This document shows positions 18,695 to 30,300 of a stretch of 62,960 nucleotides of DNA, piece after piece. The stretch lies in contig DASCOT010000052.1 of assembly GCA_036012155.1 (NCBI GenBank), forward strand, positions 1-62,960, read 5' to 3'. Within the stretch, counting starts at the first letter, position 1, and the number at the start of each line of letters is the position of its first letter. Under the pieces are notes generated by a model. The model saw only the letters and a list, made by a program, of their open reading frames with translations. It made no database searches and was not told the origin of the DNA. This stretch comes from Acidobacteriota bacterium (GTDB lineage Bacteria > Acidobacteriota > UBA890 > WLXD01). The position numbers were made by a program, and so were the translations under genes.

Positions 18695-21037
18695 ATGGCG
18701 AAGAAGATTCTCAAGAACGGCTATGGGGGCCCCCTGCGTCGGCTCTCTCGGCACACTGGCTCGTGGGTGGCCTTCGTACTCGGAACTGCCCTCACTCTCT
18801 CTCCGACTCCCGCTCTCGGCCAACAGACAGGGAGCATCGTAGTCACGGCAGTTGCGTCCGAGGGAACGCCGGCTTTCGAGGTATCTGTGTTGGGCACGGC
18901 GCTCACACCCGTGGCGAGTGCCGATGGCACCGCCCGGATCGACGACTTGCAACCCGGCACCTATCGGATCGTGACCCTCGCTCTGGGGTACGCTCCGCAG
19001 ACGTCGGAAGTCAGAGTTGCAGCCGGACAGACTGTTCCGCTCCGAGTGGAACTCGCCCCTCTGCGTTTCGAGACCCCGGGCGTCGTGGTGACCGCTTTGC
19101 GCCCAGACCTACGACCCGAGCTGCTGGTTGGCGAGCAGGAACTGCGTACTACCAATCCTCGCGACGTGGGCGAGCTGCTTCGTGGCCTGCCGGGAGTGGA
19201 CTCGGTGCGGCGCGGGCCGCTCGGCTTCGATCCGGTCGTTCGCGGACTGCGCGAGTCTGAGGTCGGTGTCTATCTCGACGATGCGCGCATCTTCCCGGCC
19301 GGTCCGGCGCGAATGGACTCGGCGCTGAGCCACTTCGACCCCAGCACTGTACGTAGCGTCGAGGTCGTCAAGGGACCCTACGCGCTGACCTGGGGCGCCG
19401 GCAACCTGGCCGCCATCCGTGCCTCCACCGCGTCCCTGCCGCCGGCGGTTGCAGGCGCTGTCCACGGCACCGTATGGGGCGGTTACAACTCGAACCTCGA
19501 GGCGTCCGAGGGCGTCGGACAGTTGTGGGGAAGCTCCGGCGGGACATCGTATTGGCTGGGAGGGTCGCACCGGCAGGGTAACGACTACGAGGACGGCGAC
19601 GGCAACGTGGTTCCCGCCGACTACAAGTCGAGCGAGGTGCGCGGCAAGCTCGGCATCGAGCTCGGCAGCACCCTCCTGTCGGTCCGCGGTGCCTACCAGG
19701 ATCAGCGTGATATCGACAACCCGGGTCGGCTGTTGGACGCACAGTTCTTCAAGTCGAAGTACTTCGCGGCCAACATCGAGTCGGCGGCGACCACCGGCAC
19801 CCGCGTGTACGGGTCCGCGTACTTCAGCGACGTCGACCATTTCATGGACAATGACGAGAAGCCGACCGCGCTGGCCAATCCGCACCGCACCCCGCCGTTT
19901 CCCTTGGAGATCACGGTAGACACCGGATCGCAGACCGTCGGCGGCCGCGTGGCGGTGGATATCGACACATCGGACAGCGTCGGCCTCGAGCTCGGCGGCG
20001 ACTTGTATCGAGTCAATCGCAATGCCATCCGAACGATTCGGCGACGCGCCGGTGGCGCAACGATCGCGCAGGATACACCCTGGCCCGACGCCGACATCAG
20101 CGATGCTGGCCTCTTCGCGAAGGTAGAGACTGCCAACAACGGGGTGACCCTGGCGGCCACGGCGCGACTCGACTTCGTTACGGCGCGAGCCGACGAGTCG
20201 CTGGTGACCGATTTCTTCCGAGCCAATGCGACCGGCGAGCTCGACTCCAACGAGACCAACCTGAGCGGCGCGATCACCATGGCCGTGCCGCTTGACGCAC
20301 ACTGGGTGCTGTCGGCCGGCGTCGGTAGCGCCGTGCGCACCGCGGATGTTCTGGAGCGCTACTCCGATCGGTTCCCGGCCACCAAGGCACAAACGCCCGC
20401 GGAGTTCATGGGCAACCCCGAGATCGAGCCGGAGCGCGGCAGCCAGGCGGATCTCTGGATCGTCGGCCGATACGATCGCGTCGCGGTCAACGCCAGCGGC
20501 TTCTACCGGCGTATCGACAACTACATCACGCTGGAGCCTACCGACCTCCCGAAGAAGCTACCGTTGAGCCCACCGGTGGTATTTCGATACGTCAACGCCA
20601 AGGCGACATTCTGGGGCTTCGAGTCGAACCTGGTAATACACGCCACCGACAATCTCGCCTTGAGCGCATCCGCTAGCTACCTGCGCGGTACGGACGACAG
20701 GTTCGACGAGCCCGCCCTGGGGATCACGCCCTTCAGCGCCGACTTCAGCGCTCGGTTCGAGCCGAGTGCCCGCTGGCATGCGCAAGGGGTCTTCCGTGTC
20801 ATCGGCGATCAGAACCGCGTCGCCACACGGCGCGGTGAGACAGCGACCGAGGGCACCGAGCTAATCGATCTCGACGCCGGCTGGCGCACCGGATTGGGCT
20901 TCGAGATCAACGCCGGCGTACTGAACCTGGCGAATCGCCGGTACGTGAACCACTTGAACGCCAAGAACCCGTTCCTGCGCGCTGCGGTACCGGAACCCGG
21001 CCGCGTGGTCTACGCAAGAGCCGTGTACTCGTTTTGA
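18695..21037 (+). CDS. TonB-dependent receptor, OprC/NosA-like
   Basis: Signal peptide, N-terminal extension domain, plug (LPGV..DPVVRGL, VEVVKGPY), RMD and HFMDN motifs, YVNHLN..EPGR, terminal YSF. Confidence 0.9.
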   Translation: MAKKILKNGYGGPLRRLSRHTGSWVAFVLGTALTLSPTPALGQQTGSIVVTAVASEGTPAFEVSVLGTALTPVASADGTARIDDLQPGTYRIVTLALGYAPQTSEVRVAAGQTVPLRVELAPLRFETPGVVVTALRPDLRPELLVGEQELRTTNPRDVGELLRGLPGVDSVRRGPLGFDPVVRGLRESEVGVYLDDARIFPAGPARMDSALSHFDPSTVRSVEVVKGPYALTWGAGNLAAIRASTASLPPAVAGAVHGTVWGGYNSNLEASEGVGQLWGSSGGTSYWLGGSHRQGNDYEDGDGNVVPADYKSSEVRGKLGIELGSTLLSVRGAYQDQRDIDNPGRLLDAQFFKSKYFAANIESAATTGTRVYGSAYFSDVDHFMDNDEKPTALANPHRTPPFPLEITVDTGSQTVGGRVAVDIDTSDSVGLELGGDLYRVNRNAIRTIRRRAGGATIAQDTPWPDADISDAGLFAKVETANNGVTLAATARLDFVTARADESLVTDFFRANATGELDSNETNLSGAITMAVPLDAHWVLSAGVGSAVRTADVLERYSDRFPATKAQTPAEFMGNPEIEPERGSQADLWIVGRYDRVAVNASGFYRRIDNYITLEPTDLPKKLPLSPPVVFRYVNAKATFWGFESNLVIHATDNLALSASASYLRGTDDRFDEPALGITPFSADFSARFEPSARWHAQGVFRVIGDQNRVATRRGETATEGTELIDLDAGWRTGLGFEINAGVLNLANRRYVNHLNAKNPFLRAAVPEPGRVVYARAVYSF

Positions 21038-21073
21038 GGCCTCTGCGGACATCGGCGGGGAAAAGCGAGCTTG

Positions 21074-24309
<3,236 letters not shown>

Positions 24310-24310
<1 letters not shown>

Positions 24311-25557
24311 CAGGCGCTACCTGCCGAGCCGAGCCCACTCTCGGCGCGGCGCGCTATCTCGGCCCCGGTAACGGCTTGGCCTGCTTTATTGCACAGCACC
24401 ATGTCCCTGAACCGTTGGAATAGGCCCTGGGCATCGTGGGGACCCGGCGACGCCTCAGGGTGGTACTGAACCGAGAAGATCGGTCGCGTCCGGTGCGCCA
24501 AACCCTCCACGGTGCCATCGTTGAGGTTGACGTGCGTTATCTCGACTGGCTCGCCGGCTCGCTGCAACGAATCAGGCTCGACAGCGAAACCGTGGTTCTC
24601 CGCACAGATTGCCACCCGCCCGCTATGCACATCATGGCCGGGCTGGTTTGCGCCGTGGTGTCCGAACTTCAACTTGGCCGTCGATCCACCCAGAGCCAGG
24701 CAGAGGATCTGGTGGCCGAGGCAGATGCCGAAGATCGGATAGCGCTCGGCGAGCTGCCGTACGGTATCGGGTGCCCCCGGCACGGCGGCGGGGTCGCCGG
24801 GGCCGTTGGAAAGGAAGACCGCATCAGGTTCGAGCTGCACCACCTGGTCGGCCGTCGTGTCCGCCGGCACGACGGTGACTTCGAAGCCATGATCCACCAA
24901 CAACCGGAGGATGTTGCGTTTGATGCCGAAGTCGATCGCCACCACCCGCAGGGCGACATCCGGCATGTCAGGTTGCGGTAGCTGCCCGACAATGCCGGGC
25001 CAGCTGCCCTCGTTCCATACGTAGGGCGCCGAGCAGGTCACCTCTGCCACCAGACCGAGGCCCTCCATCGGCGTCGCAGCGCGCGCGATTTCTACCAATG
25101 CGTCGCCGTTCTGGCGGCGCGGATCGGTAGAAAGCACGCCGTTCTGGCAACCCTGATCGCGGATATGCCGCACCAACGCGCGGGTATCGATGTCGGAGAT
25201 TCCAGGTACCTCGTGGCGACTGAGGTAGGCGCTGAGCGGCTCATCGGCGCGCCAGCTACTCGGCTCGTCGAACACCTCGCGCACCACAAATCCGGCGAGC
25301 GACGGCGTGTCCGATTCGGCATCGGTGGCATTCGCACCAACGTTGCCAATCTGAGGGTAGGTCATGGCGACGATCTGACCAGCGTACGACGGATCGCTGA
25401 GGATCTCCTGGTAGCCCGTCATGCTGGTGTTGAAGCACACCTCGCCAGTGCGCACGCACGAGGCACCGAAGCCAATTCCTCGAAAGAGCGTACCGTCGGC
25501 GAGCACCAACACGGCGGGGCGCTCATCGCCGAACAAACTGCTATTCCGACCGTCCAC
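24310..25557 (-). CDS. carA: Carbamoyl-phosphate synthase small subunit
   Basis: [43 protein letters not shown] 25557 after GGAGG; stop overlaps the carB start. Confidence 0.96.
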
Positions 25558-25656
25558 GGCCCCTCCCGCGGCGTATGAAACCACTTGCGGGAGTGCACGG
25601 CAAATCAAGGCGGTGGTCGGAGCGCGCTTACCGTGCTCAGCTACTCCGCCAGGAAG

Positions 25657-25998
25657 CTACTCCGAGAAGCTGTGGACCGCTTCGGCGACGTCGTTGTAGT
25701 CCTCGAAAATGCTGATGAGCTGCGTGAACAGCAGCAGATCACGCACCTTGGAGCTGAGATTCAAGGGCTTGAGCTGGGCACCTCGGTTAGCGCACGAGGT
25801 GTATGCCGCAACCAGCTCCCCGGTGCCCGAGCCGTTCATATAGCGGACACCACCGAGGTCGAGCAGGATCTTGGTCTCACCGCGCTCGAGCAAGTCGTTG
25901 ACTAGTTGGCGCAACTTCACGTCGCCTGAGCCCAGCGTTAGCTTGCCTTCCAGCGCAACGATCACTACCCCATCGATTTGGCGCTCATGGTGCTTCAT
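25657..25998 (-). CDS. STAS-domain anti-sigma factor antagonist
   Basis: GKLTLG, KILLDLGGVRYMNGSGTGELV, DVAEAVHSF; SpoIIAA/RsbV-like size and pattern. Confidence 0.88.
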   Translation of the reverse strand: MKHHERQIDGVVIVALEGKLTLGSGDVKLRQLVNDLLERGETKILLDLGGVRYMNGSGTGELVAAYTSCANRGAQLKPLNLSSKVRDLLLFTQLISIFEDYNDVAEAVHSFSE

Positions 25999-26208
25999 AG
26001 AGGTTCCCTCTGGACGTTCTCGTTGAACGCTCGAAGACTGACATCACCCAGCGCGATTATCGCTCCTGACGGTTGGTCGGTCGAGTTGTCGTAGCGCCAC
26101 ATCCGTTCGGGGGCTCCGTTGCGGCGAAACCAAATCACCGGATCCGGCGAATAAGCGAGTAGAGGTTCCGCCGGCCACCCCTCCGAGCGGGACGCGGGAG
26201 AGGCACCA

Positions 26209-26742
26209 ATGAGCGAATCAATGGATCACCTGCGAAGAGAGTACCCGTCGCCAGCGGTGACGGGGGTCAACCCGCTGCTCCTCGGCAACTGCTCTCACCT
26301 CAACGACCTCAGTACCAAGGCGCTTGTCGGGCTCTCCAAGCTCGGCGAATGTCGTCTGGTGCACGAGGAGGAGTGTCTGTTCGCCCAGGGGGATCGTGCC
26401 GACTCCGTGTACCTGCTGCTCGACGGTTCCCTGAGGATGGAGCGGTTCGAGGAAGCTGGTGGTCACGCCTCCTACGATATTGTCGCGCCGTATGCGTCCT
26501 TCGGTGACATCGTGCTGCTCGGCGAAGAACTGCGCCGCTACTCGGCGACCGCCGCGGAGGACTCCGTGGTGCTGGAGCTTCCCCTCCTCCCATTGGTGCG
26601 GGTGCTCAGCGCCAATCCGCCGCAGGCTCTGGCATGGCGCGGCGCCGTGATGGCGCGGCTGCATCGCCTGGAGCCGCAACAGGCCGGCCATTTCGCCTGG
26701 AAGATCCTCGACAAGATCGCCGGGTTGTTCGACGCCGCCTGA
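26209..26742 (+). CDS. Stand-alone cyclic-nucleotide-binding domain protein
   Basis: LFAQGDRADSVYLLLDG, FGDIVLL...RRYSATA. No C-terminal HTH. Confidence 0.85.
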   Translation: MSESMDHLRREYPSPAVTGVNPLLLGNCSHLNDLSTKALVGLSKLGECRLVHEEECLFAQGDRADSVYLLLDGSLRMERFEEAGGHASYDIVAPYASFGDIVLLGEELRRYSATAAEDSVVLELPLLPLVRVLSANPPQALAWRGAVMARLHRLEPQQAGHFAWKILDKIAGLFDAA

Positions 26743-26760
26743 ACAATCGAGAGGCCGTCC

Positions 26761-26789
26761 TTGTCACGGGGCGGGACGTTTTGCTAACG
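26761..26789 (+). promoter_or_regulatory. Sigma-70-type promoter
   Basis: TTGTCA-17 nt-TAACGT with an extended TG. Confidence 0.5.
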
Positions 26790-26847
26790 TCGATTGTGAA
26801 CGCCTTCCGTACCGGCGCGCCAGCGAGCCCACGACCTGCATGGGCAT

Positions 26848-27384
26848 TTGATGAACGCCGTACGCGAGTTCCCACCGAACCCTCACGCCCTTGTCGTCCA
26901 CACCGATTCCCTGGTGACCGACGAGATCGTCGAGACCTACCTGGCCGGCTCTTCGGTGCCGCCGGTGGTGTGGATGCGAGCCGTCCTCGAGCTTCCCGGG
27001 GTGCGCGTGCTATCGCTCAACGCCTACAAGGTGCGGTTACAGAAGCACAAGGAGGCTCGCTGGGGTGACATCATGGGGCCCTTCGAGCGTGTCCTCTGCG
27101 ACGGCCTCGACATCGAGCAGCTGTCTGACCTCGTTGAGGCGGAGTCGCGGAGTCGTCGCTTTGCCTGGCACGGTGCGCCCCTGGAGCGCCGCGTCTATGA
27201 AGGCAAGCGTCAGGCGCTCGAAGATCCGTTGGCGGGGGTTCTGTTCGAGATTGCCGGCGTGGCCGAGATCATCTTCGACGGGCACGAGATCGAGATCCGC
27301 AAGTGTCCACTGCGGCGCTGGCGCGAGCTGGCGCCGGAGATCACGAGCCGGTTGGCAACCGGGTCGGCGGTGCCGGCTTCCTGA
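26848..27384 (+). CDS. Protein with two Nfu/NifU N-terminal-like repeats
   Basis: PNPHAL..AVLELPGVRVLSL..KVRLQK..ARWGDI and DPLAGVLFEIAGVAEIIF..IEIRK..RWREL. Confidence 0.6.
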   Translation: MMNAVREFPPNPHALVVHTDSLVTDEIVETYLAGSSVPPVVWMRAVLELPGVRVLSLNAYKVRLQKHKEARWGDIMGPFERVLCDGLDIEQLSDLVEAESRSRRFAWHGAPLERRVYEGKRQALEDPLAGVLFEIAGVAEIIFDGHEIEIRKCPLRRWRELAPEITSRLATGSAVPAS

Positions 27385-27431
27385 CCGACGAACCCGGCGG
27401 TGAGACTGGCCGGGCGCTCGCCGCCCCGCCT

Positions 27432-27824
27432 TCAGTTCTTGAAGCCACGCGCTGCAATCACTTCGAGATGCCAGTCGCCGTACGGCACGGTCAAGCCACG
27501 GAGCACCTCCAGGGCGACGTCTCGATCCATCGCCAAGAAAAGCGCCGCGACGTGCTTACACAGCCGTCGCTCGCGCGCCTGCCCCAGAAAGTCCCGGCAG
27601 CCGTGCTGCACACGCTTGGCCGATACGTCGAGCACCACGTTGTAGGCGCTGGCGGCAGCAATCCAGAGATCGGGCCCCGCGGTGAGGAACTGCACCTTGC
27701 CCGCCTCTCGGCGCGCTCGGCCCAGTCTCTTCGCCTCGGTGCACAGGGCGAGCAGATCGAGCAGCTCGTCGCTGTCCGGCGCCCCCTCTGGAGTCGTTTG
27801 CGGCGTCTCGTTGGCGATCGTCAG
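27432..27824 (-). CDS. SWIM-type zinc-finger protein (start uncertain: CTG 27824 or GTG 27695)
   Basis: YNVVLD..QHGCRDF..RLCKHVAALFL. The frame is open up to the end of the upstream gene. Confidence 0.65.
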   Translation of the reverse strand: MTIANETPQTTPEGAPDSDELLDLLALCTEAKRLGRARREAGKVQFLTAGPDLWIAAASAYNVVLDVSAKRVQHGCRDFLGQARERRLCKHVAALFLAMDRDVALEVLRGLTVPYGDWHLEVIAARGFKN

Positions 27825-27828
27825 CGCC

Positions 27829-28587
27829 TCAATTGGGACGCTGTATCATCGGCATTCTTTGCTCACGATAGCCTGCCGGGGCTTCCTTCCAGGCATCGAA
27901 CGGACCGTACTCCCAGCTGTCGATGACCATGCTTACGCCATCGGCGGAGTCCATCCGCAATACACGGCCATCGGGTAGCCCGCGGGCGCGCGCCAGCTGC
28001 ATGTACTCGGCCATGCCGGCCACCGGATTCCGTCCCCCAGGGCCGCCGCCCATCATTGGACCGGCAACCTTGGAGAGGTGTTCGGCGAGGCGGCTCCAGA
28101 CTTCGAACAGACCGACATCGCTCGTCGTCGACAGCCAAAGGGAAGCGCGCTGGCCCTCGGGTCCGGTCATCTCGACTTCGAACACATCGTGATTCATCAC
28201 CGTGTCGGTGGCCCCGGTGCGACGAAACGAGTAGGCAGCGGGGTCAAAGTCGTCCATGTCAGGGATGCTGTTGCCGCGCATCTGCGCCGGCATCCGTTCC
28301 ATCATCTGTCTCATCCGATCCATCATCTCCTTGGTGAATCGAATGAACATTTGGTTCTCATGCTGAACCATGATCCAGGCAATCGGTCCCCAGATGATCG
28401 ACACCCCTTGCATGTCGAGTCGGGCATGCTCGCCCCCGACCGTCGCCTTCATGGTGTTGGTGCCCTCATCGGGGTTCGTCACCGTGAAAGAGACTGCTAA
28501 ATCGGGTTCTTGTGCCGTGGCGACGGCAACCACCAGGCCGCTGCAGACGGCGATAACGACGGCGACGTGCAAGGAACGGAGCTTCAA
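27829..28587 (-). CDS. Exported DUF4412-like protein
   Basis: TTG 28587 after AGGAGG; signal peptide; RLDM, RTGATDTV, LWLST, APAGY. Confidence 0.7.
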   Translation of the reverse strand: MKLRSLHVAVVIAVCSGLVVAVATAQEPDLAVSFTVTNPDEGTNTMKATVGGEHARLDMQGVSIIWGPIAWIMVQHENQMFIRFTKEMMDRMRQMMERMPAQMRGNSIPDMDDFDPAAYSFRRTGATDTVMNHDVFEVEMTGPEGQRASLWLSTTSDVGLFEVWSRLAEHLSKVAGPMMGGGPGGRNPVAGMAEYMQLARARGLPDGRVLRMDSADGVSMVIDSWEYGPFDAWKEAPAGYREQRMPMIQRPN

Positions 28588-28884
28588 TGGGTCCTCCTGC
28601 TCGATAAGAGCCAGCTGACGATTGGAGCGTCGGCCGCCACCCTGCGTGTAGGTCGCAATCGCGCGGGCCGAGCGATAGCCACAGGACAAGGGCTGCCAGA
28701 AGCACGCCGACGACGATCAGCATCTCCCCGGTCATGCCGGCGGAGTTTACCATCGTGCCTGACACGGTCCGGGGTAGCGCAGGTGGCAGCGGCGGGCGAG
28801 GGTGTCTGGCGCCACCGGGATGCGCCGCCGCGAAGCAGACAACGGGCAAGGCCGTGGGGGCGCACACCTGCTAATGTGATCGCC

Positions 28885-30030
28885 ATGAAGTGGAGCCGTC
28901 GCCAACTCTCGCTCATGCTGGCATCGTTGGTGCCCGCCGGTAGCGGCATGCCCTGGGCGATCGCACCGGCGGCGGGATCCGGCCCTGGTGATGGCTCAGG
29001 TGCGCCACGCGCCAGGAGCACGGGTGCCCCGCCAGGCGGTGGCCAAACCCACCCCATCACGCTCACCGACGTTGCCGGGGTGCTCGTGGGGCACGCGACG
29101 CGCGACGATCGACCCACCGGATGCACGGTGATCGTGACCCCCGACGGGGCCACCGGGGGTGTGGCGGTGCGCGGCGCCGCACCCGGCACACGAGAGACCG
29201 ACCTGCTGCGATCGGAGAGCATGGTCGATCAGATCCACGCGGTGGTCCTGACCGGCGGCAGCGCTCCCGGATTGGCAACCGCCGACGGCGTCTCGCGACG
29301 CCTGCAGGAGACCGGCGTCGGCTTGCGGTTTGGCGAGGCGATCATTCCGCTCGTGCCCGCAGCGGTGCTTTACGACCTCGGAGTCGGCAACGGAGGCAGT
29401 GCGCCGACCGCTGCCGACGGCTACGCCGCCTGCCAAGCCGCCACCTCGGACCCCGTAGCACGAGGAAACATCGGCGCCGGCGCCGGCGCTACTGTCGGCA
29501 AGATGCTCGGCAGCGGTCGCATGAAGGGGGGGCTGGGAACAGCTGGCTTCCGCTTCGATGACGGGACCGTGGTTGCCGCCTTGATCGCCGTCAACAGCCG
29601 TGGCGACGTACGGGATCCGCATAGCGGCAGGCTGATCGCGGGGGCGCTCGGTAGCGATGGCCGGTCGCTGGCCAACACACAGTCGACGCTGCTGGAGTCC
29701 GAAGGTACGAGCAGTGGGGCTGCTGGACAGAACACCGCGATCGGGGTAGTAGCGACCAACCGCACGATGAGCAAGGCGCAATGCAATCGGTTGGCGTCCG
29801 TGGCCCATGATGGGCTGGCGCGCGCTGTCGTCCCAGCACACACCTTCTATGACGGCGACACACTCTTCGCGCTGGCCACCAATCGAAGTGAGGAGGTCAG
29901 CTCGATCGATGATCTCGACCGCATCGACGCAGCCGCCGCCGCTGCAGTGGCCAACGCGGTCATCGACGCTGTAACGCACGCTACGGCGATCGACGGAATC
30001 CCGGCGGCACGCGACATAGGCACTGTTTGA
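28885..30030 (+). CDS. DmpA/P1-family (S58) aminopeptidase with Tat-like leader
   Basis: LTDVAGVLVGH, GAAPGTRETDLL, GGSAPGL, GAGAGATVGK, NTAIGVVATN, PAHTFYDGDTLF; N-terminal SRRQL. Confidence 0.9.
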   Translation: MKWSRRQLSLMLASLVPAGSGMPWAIAPAAGSGPGDGSGAPRARSTGAPPGGGQTHPITLTDVAGVLVGHATRDDRPTGCTVIVTPDGATGGVAVRGAAPGTRETDLLRSESMVDQIHAVVLTGGSAPGLATADGVSRRLQETGVGLRFGEAIIPLVPAAVLYDLGVGNGGSAPTAADGYAACQAATSDPVARGNIGAGAGATVGKMLGSGRMKGGLGTAGFRFDDGTVVAALIAVNSRGDVRDPHSGRLIAGALGSDGRSLANTQSTLLESEGTSSGAAGQNTAIGVVATNRTMSKAQCNRLASVAHDGLARAVVPAHTFYDGDTLFALATNRSEEVSSIDDLDRIDAAAAAAVANAVIDAVTHATAIDGIPAARDIGTV

Positions 30031-30119
30031 CGCCGCCCTGGCGGCACGCCCACCACACCGACGGAGCGGAGGAACACGGGAGCACGCCCCTGCTACGATG
30101 GGCTTCGCCCGCTTCTTGC

Positions 30120-30209
<90 letters not shown>

Positions 30210-30300
30210 TGATCATTCTGCGGGCTACCGCGCCGTCCGGGGCCGTCGACCTCCCCCGATCGCCGGTAACCTCGTCACCGACGAAATGGAGGGAGGATTC

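Noticed and set aside
17270-18952. Long antisense or overlapping ORFs (also 28996-30747, 19109-20392, 55339-56748 and the 5' part of 49310-51790)
   Set aside because: These are high-GC shadow frames opposite or overlapping motif-supported genes.
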